Part shown: piece after piece, positions 57,290-64,000 of the stretch
How positions within the stretch are numbered: position 1 is the stretch's first letter
Layout of the letters: each line of letters begins with the position of its first letter
Source of the DNA: Eledone cirrhosa
Lineage: Eukaryota
Direction: 5' to 3'
Length of the DNA stretch: 64,000 nucleotides
Assembly (NCBI GenBank): GCA_964016885.1
Contig: OZ024741.1
Coordinates: 201,438,001 to 201,502,000 of the forward strand
Position numbers and translations under genes: made by a program
Notes under the pieces: generated by a model
The model's input: only the letters and a program-made list of their open reading frames with translations
The model's database searches: none
What the model was told of the DNA's origin: nothing

Positions 57290-57640
57290 TCCTGAGGATG
57301 GAGGGTAGAAAACTGAATTAAATGCAAGAATTGCTGGAGATGGTGCAATAATGTCCCAGCTTCAGCACTCATTCATCAGAAGGTGTAAAACCTAACCTCA
57401 CTATTTTCCATTCAGTATTTGTCCCTGCCCTTACCCAGCTATGCTTATGAGCCTTGGATAATGACCAAAATAATATGATAACAAATATAAGTGACTGAAA
57501 TAGGGTTCTTCCAAGGGGTCTTTGGAATAATATTGCCCAATAGAGTGCATAGCTCAGAGATTATGGAATCACTCCAAGTAAAGATGCTACTTCCCAGCAT
57601 CAACAGATCACAGCTTTGGTACTACAGACATGTGGAAAAG
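57290..57640 (+). mobile_element. Highly degenerate RTE LINE 3' fragment
   Basis: KLTIFHSVFVP, EIGFFQ..NRVHSSEI..LQV..INRSQLWYYRHV. Confidence 0.55.
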
Positions 57641-58682
57641 TCCTTATTCCTTGAATTTTTACTTATTAGTAGATAAGGTTATGCTTTAATAAAATATATT
57701 ATTGAAGGACAAAATGAACAAAAATATATAATTTAGATTACAATGTAATCTGTATGAACTCATTATTTCACTATTTCCACAACCATTTCAAGTCTTATGT
57801 TGCTTGCAGCTGCTAATATCTATTCAACAAGAAAATCAATAACAAATTTACTTGGTATAGAACTCTTTACTTTACATATTAGATTGTCAATGATCCTCTC
57901 CTGTTTCTACTTTAAATATTATTAGTCATTGTGTTTGCTGTTTGAATCAGAATATTTTCATGAGTCGATGCATTGCATTTAGCAAGAACCATCTGAGTCA
58001 TCTAAGTTAATGACTTTTTCACAAATTAAAAGATGTTCAGCAGATATATCAAGTTTTAAGATACAAATATATAACTCACATGCATACAGCCAATATTGTG
58101 TGTATGTTTCTGTACAGGTAAGTGTTGGTGTTTCACATGATAAATACACCCAGTACACTATATAAAGTGGTTGATGATAGGAAGGGCATCCGGCTATACA
58201 AAACTTGCCAAACAAAGGGTTGGGAAAACTCTTCAGCTGTGTCAAAGACATGTCAAATTCTCTAATGTTGGTGTCATGACAAAATGCTCTCAGTAGTGCA
58301 CAGTATCGTATGTAAGCAAGTTGCAAGACACATGCCCATCTGAGCACTCATTAGAGTGTAGGAATGTAAGCAAGATGTAGGCTCCCAGTCCATCCAGATT
58401 TTAAACGATGGTTATGATGGTAGTGTGTATGACTATGTATGCACACAACCAACTAATATCAACATTTTTATATTCCAGATTCAGTGTTTGGTGAGACGAA
58501 AAGCTATATAATTTAAAGAAATCTACAATGGAGTTAGGGAGCTTTAAATATGATACTGTAGTGATTTTCTTCTAAGAAGCAAACTAAAAGCAAGGTTTTA
58601 TGTTGACTGACTATCAGAATAAAAATGTCATCTTCTTGCTAGTTTAAATATTCATGTGTGTGTGTGTGATAGAGAGAGAGAA

Positions 58683-58775
<93 letters not shown>

Positions 58776-59039
58776 TTGTGAGTCTGAGAGTGTGGGTGCG
58801 TGTGTCATCCAGAGATGGTTATAAATGAGGGTGTTGACAAAAAATATGTTGTGCTGTGGTATTTGTTTTGTGAGCATAGTCATTCAATAACTAGAAAACA
58901 ATAGAATATGTACCAGATGAAATACTAGGGCTAATATAAAACCTTTAGTGGCAATGCCCTAGCATGGCCACAGCCTCAAGAATGAAATCGGTAAAAGAAT
59001 CAACCATAATAATACAGCATGTGTTTGTGTGTATATATA

Positions 59040-59091
<52 letters not shown>

Positions 59092-59093
<2 letters not shown>

Positions 59094-59735
59094 ACAAAAA
59101 TAATAATGGTGATGTTACATAAATCGTTTAATCATTATAATTATTTCCATGGTTCTCCATGCAATCGAGAAGTCTTTCATGCATTTTATGTTGTTATGAG
59201 AACGGTATCCTCAGATGAAATCCGATTTAGTGATTTAAACATATGTCTGCTGGACACACGAGCAGAAGGACGTGTGTTTTTTCCTGCCGGCAGCATATCA
59301 CTAAATCGGATTTCATCTGAGGATACCGTTCTCATAACAACATCAAATGCATGAAAGACTTCTCGATTGCATGGAGAACCGTGGAAATAATTATAATGAT
59401 TAAACGATTTATGTAACATCAGCATTATTATCAAGGGCGGTGGATTAGCAGTATCGGTAGAGGGTCGGACGCCATGCTTTGACGCATAGAGTTACGGCCC
59501 TTGACATTCTGAGTTCAAATCCCGCCGAGGTTAACTTTGCCTTTCATCCTTACGGGGGCGATAAAATAAAGTACCAGTAATACACTGAGTATTTGCTGGC
59601 CTTGTGCCAAAAGTAGAAACAATTATTATTTTTGTTATTTTTATTAAAAAATCTCCATCGTAACTACAAACTACGAATTGTTAAGAGCTTTCTCCTGCTT
59701 GCTCCTGTTTTTACCAAAACAATCTCTTCGGAACG

Positions 59736-59738
<3 letters not shown>
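59092..59738. mobile_element. Palindromic mini-PLE with two divergent HHRs (59130-59221 minus, 59311-59402 plus), interrupted by a SINE
   Basis: Arms 59101-59234 and 59297-59430; tcat-CTGAGGA-..gttctc/gagaac..-GAAA-T-AATT-A-TA-atga. Confidence 0.78.
59434..59628 (+). mobile_element. Cephalopod tRNA-derived SINE, full length
   Basis: gggcggtggattagcagtatcggtag..gagttcaaatccc..gtagaaacaatt; flanked by attattat. Confidence 0.88.
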
Positions 59739-59814
<76 letters not shown>

Positions 59815-60012
59815 GTTATTAGGAGTATTCCAAAGCTTGGTAGAACAAGTTGTGAGGAAAGTTCTCAACATACGTTAAGGTGACTCGACAGGTTGGTAGG
59901 GATTCTGTAGTGGAAACACGAACAAACGAGGAGTGTAATCAAAGAAGAGAAATAGGACGAAGGTAAACAGTTACAAAAGAATTTAATCCACGTATTAACA
60001 ATTGTTTCATCA

Positions 60013-60096
<84 letters not shown>

Positions 60097-60109
60097 GTGT
60101 GTGTGTGTG

Positions 60110-61700
60110 TTAACTCGGTCTCTGATCAGCTGTGCTATAACTGTTTCTGTGATCTTTATGATCTGCTCAATCGACTTGATGCCTCTATAGTTTCCTCTGT
60201 CTAGGGCATCTCCTTTGTCCTTGTAACAGTTGACGATGATGCTGCTACACCAGTCATTGGGTATGACACAGTTTTGTAGTATTTGGTTTACAATACGGGT
60301 AGTTAAGGTGACCCACCATCCCAGATGATTTCAGCATCTCAGCAAATATCCCACAGGGTCCTGTTGCGTTGCCTGTCTTCATATCCTTGGTTGTCTTCCT
60401 TACTATACTACTGCTAACTTGTACCACCAGTCCTTCTGTTGGTTTTACTTGGGGCAAACTATTTTCTTCCCATGCATTTTCCTCATTCAGTAGTCTTTCA
60501 TAGTAACACTTCCATGCTACCTGCTTTTCAGCATCTGTGAGTGCAAGTGCATCATTATGATCTCAAACTCACTTCTCTCCATCAACGTCAATTTTCCATG
60601 GCACACTGGCTCACAATCCTGAACACCTCATGTCTTTGGCCTTTGCATTGTAGAACATGTTTAAATTTCTTATTTTCTGCTTCCCTTCTTGCAAAGTATA
60701 CCTGTTGCCAAGCTTCTCTCCTAGTATCTTGGTAGTGCTCTCTACTTCCCCCATTCTTTCCATGCCTGTCTTTTGGCCTTAATTGTCTATTTCACTTTAC
60801 TGTTCCCATTACCAAGTCACTGTACTTCTCCTTCGAGACCTGCTCCATCCACAGATTTCGATTGTCGCCTTCACTAGGTTATCTTTCAGCGATTCCCACT
60901 GCTCCTCTATATTGTATGTCTCTATTTGCTCTTTCTTTCTGTCAAAAGCATCAAGCAACATACCTCTAAATTTGTTACTGGCTGCGGGGTCCTTTAACTT
61001 TCATATTTTTCTCCTCCAGGTTATCTTATATTGTTGAGGTCGCTAACTACTAGGTTATGTTGGGAGGTGCATTCTTCACCAGGGAATGAATTTCTGTTTT
61101 CAACCATCACTCTGTCTCGTCTTCTGGTATGCTCACCCGACCTATAGGTGATCAAGTGATTGTCTGGGGTTTTAAAGTTTGTATTACAGATAGATAGGTC
61201 TTTGGCGTTGCAGAGTTCCAGAAGCTTGAAGCCTTCCTCATTTCTAGCAGAATTGCCCAACATGCTCATTAAAGGTACCAGCAATGATTATGGAGTCCCC
61301 ATCGCTTATTTGGGAGGTCGTGTGCATTAGTGATTCGTAGAACCTGTCTTTTAGTCTATTTGACAGTTCTGATTGAGGTGTGTATGCAGATATAATTGTT
61401 ACAGTTGTTTTATTTAGTACCAGTCTAAGTTTGATGATTCTATCGTTTACACTGTTTAACCCAATTACCTTGTCTACCAACGTTTCTGCTACCATAATCC
61501 CTACTCCACCCAGCCTGTTGTCATTTACCACCCAGAAAAAATTGTAGCAACGATTTTTGTCCACAGTCCCTCTCATCTAGTCTCTTGCACACAGCATACA
61601 TCAATTTTGTTTCGTTCAAGCATCTCTACGATTTCTCCTAATCTCCCTTTCATCCTGCCTACATTGATAGTGCCAGCTCTGAAGTTATGAAATTCGTCAG
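60110..61700 (-). mobile_element. Degenerate RTE LINE 5' half (APE plus start of RT)
   Basis: ORFs 61573 (GTINVG..IDVCCVQETR), 61244 (GVGIMV..SAYTPQ), 61021, 60254; YKDKGDALDRGNYRGIK. Confidence 0.85.
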
Positions 61701-62315
61701 GAGTGTGAAAGGATGAAAATAGAAACTTGGTAGAGGGAATGGAATATGGATTCATGGTGGTTTTCTATGTCTGAAATAGAGAAGAGTGTTTGCATGCTTA
61801 TCCAGAAACAAATGGTGTGTTCATATTCCTTCTTTGGAATGCTCCAGCTTTGTGCTCCATTTCCCATACAGAACAACAGTCAGACCCATAGACGACTGTA
61901 GTAGAAGTAGTAGTAGTAGTTACAATAGATATTCAGCTAACAGCTACAAGGTGTTTGCGCTGGTGTGTTTGATTGGTCTAGGTGACTATGGGGGATGATG
62001 CCGATAGGGGAGGAAAATACAAGGCATTCAGATGGGAGAGAAAAGGTTGTCAAATACCGAGTGGAAGATTAATGAATGAATGTGGTAGGCTTCTATAGTC
62101 ATCGGCTTATTTACAGTTATATGAAGAGGGGGAAGCATGAGAAATATAAGCATGGCATTTACGAAAGGAGAGAGGGATGAGAAAAATCTATGGCTGATGA
62201 GGAAATGAAAATAACGGAAGCAGCATGTTATGAAAACTATCAATTCCTTGGTTAGTCAACTCTCTGTGAGTGTGTAGATATGTAATATGTTGATGCATAT
62301 ATGCACGTTTATGAG

Positions 62316-62407
<92 letters not shown>

Positions 62408-62570
62408 CACACATTTATGCTTTGTGGTTCACCAATGGTTAGAACTGGTAATTCCGCTTGGGGCAGGAATGGAGTTAAATACCAGGCTGGGCTCGTAATG
62501 TTCCTTTAAAGTTTTCAGTCCAGCCTCCCGTTATTTTAATCAAATTAATAATGAATATATATATATATAT

Positions 62571-63180
<610 letters not shown>

Positions 63181-63275
63181 CAAGACATGGTCACCTGACC
63201 CAACTTGCCTCAAATGAAACAACCCGTCTAATCCATGCTAGCGTGGAAAGTGGTCATTAAACAATGATGATGATG

Positions 63276-63324
<49 letters not shown>

Positions 63325-63459
63325 CGTGAGTGAATAATGATAATATCATAATATTATTAATATTAGGTTTGTTCACAAGCAAACAGCCTCATAAAACACC
63401 ACGCAGTAGAGGTAATGACGTCATCCTTTTGTTCCAGCGGTAGCTAAGAGAAAACAATC

Positions 63460-63514
63460 GACAATTTACAATTGTTAATTGTTTCGGGACGTCTTGCTCC
63501 TTGTCAAGATTGTG
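63460..63514 (-). ncRNA. Type I hammerhead, U3:A8 variant, full stem III, in a retrozyme-like element (about 63325-63708)
   Basis: Reverse complement: acaatc-TTGACAA-ggagc aagac gtccc-GAAA-CAATT AAC AATTG-TA-aattgt. Confidence 0.65.
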
Positions 63515-63774
63515 TATTCTCTCGTTTCTGCTATCTGCTGGAACTGCTGAGAATACACAGTATTGTCAAATGTATACATCGGCTGATTAGCCACATTTGC
63601 ATATTTTAGTGATTTTAAGGCTGGCTTTGCCGAAAATTAAAAAACAAAATTTGTTTTCGCTCTTAACTTAGCTCTCCACCACGTTAAGAGTGAAAACAAA
63701 TTTTGTTTATATATATATAAGGAAAAGAAATCGAAAATGCAACTGGAGTCTTTTTTTTAAATATTTATTTATTT

Positions 63775-63812
63775 CCTTTACCGGTTTCACAGTTCTTATG
63801 CTTTTCAAAAGT
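63775..63812 (-). ncRNA. Minimal hammerhead, U3:A8 variant (element 63715-64000, homolog of 30.9 kb)
   Basis: Reverse complement: ctt-TTGAAAA-gc..gt-GAAA-CCGG-TA-aag. Confidence 0.6.
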
Positions 63813-64000
63813 AAAATTGAGATGAAGGGTTTGTGGCTTGTCTCGCATCAGGTTTGTATTCGAAAGTTCTTCCTGTTTTATGTGGAAAGTGTGGCTCAAA
63901 TTGCTGGGGTGGGGGCTAAAAGGAATTTGGTTGGTTGATGACTGTCACATGAATAAGTACATCAAATCGCGCTAATTCGTTACATAATTGGCCATATAAT

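Overview
AT-rich, microsatellite-laden eukaryotic DNA, most likely from an octopod cephalopod (judged by recognition of the repeated tRNA-derived SINE GGCGGTGGATTGGCAG...GAGTTCAAATCCCGCCGAGGTTAACTTTGCCTTTCATCC...GTCGATAAAATAAAGTACCAGT). No host protein-coding gene can be supported. The window is almost entirely retroelements: (1) many decayed Penelope-like elements (PLEs; RT plus C-terminal GIY-YIG endonuclease, mostly Hydra-clade-like) sitting in (TA)n tracts; (2) RTE-type LINEs; (3) tRNA-derived SINEs. Reading both strands by eye shows about 30 type I hammerhead ribozyme (HHR) motifs, many with compensatory U3:A8 cores, palindromic stem-III loops or very long stem II. The most interesting signal is a set of ORF-less, tandemly repeated HHR units (319-bp and 447-bp periods, plus two diverged relatives) that share an upstream motif block containing ATGCAAAT; these are candidate retrozymes that could make circular RNAs. 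A second recurring pattern is divergent palindromic PLE insertions with one tailed and one tail-less arm. All ribozyme calls are manual pattern matches; none were folded computationally or tested, and element boundaries are approximate.
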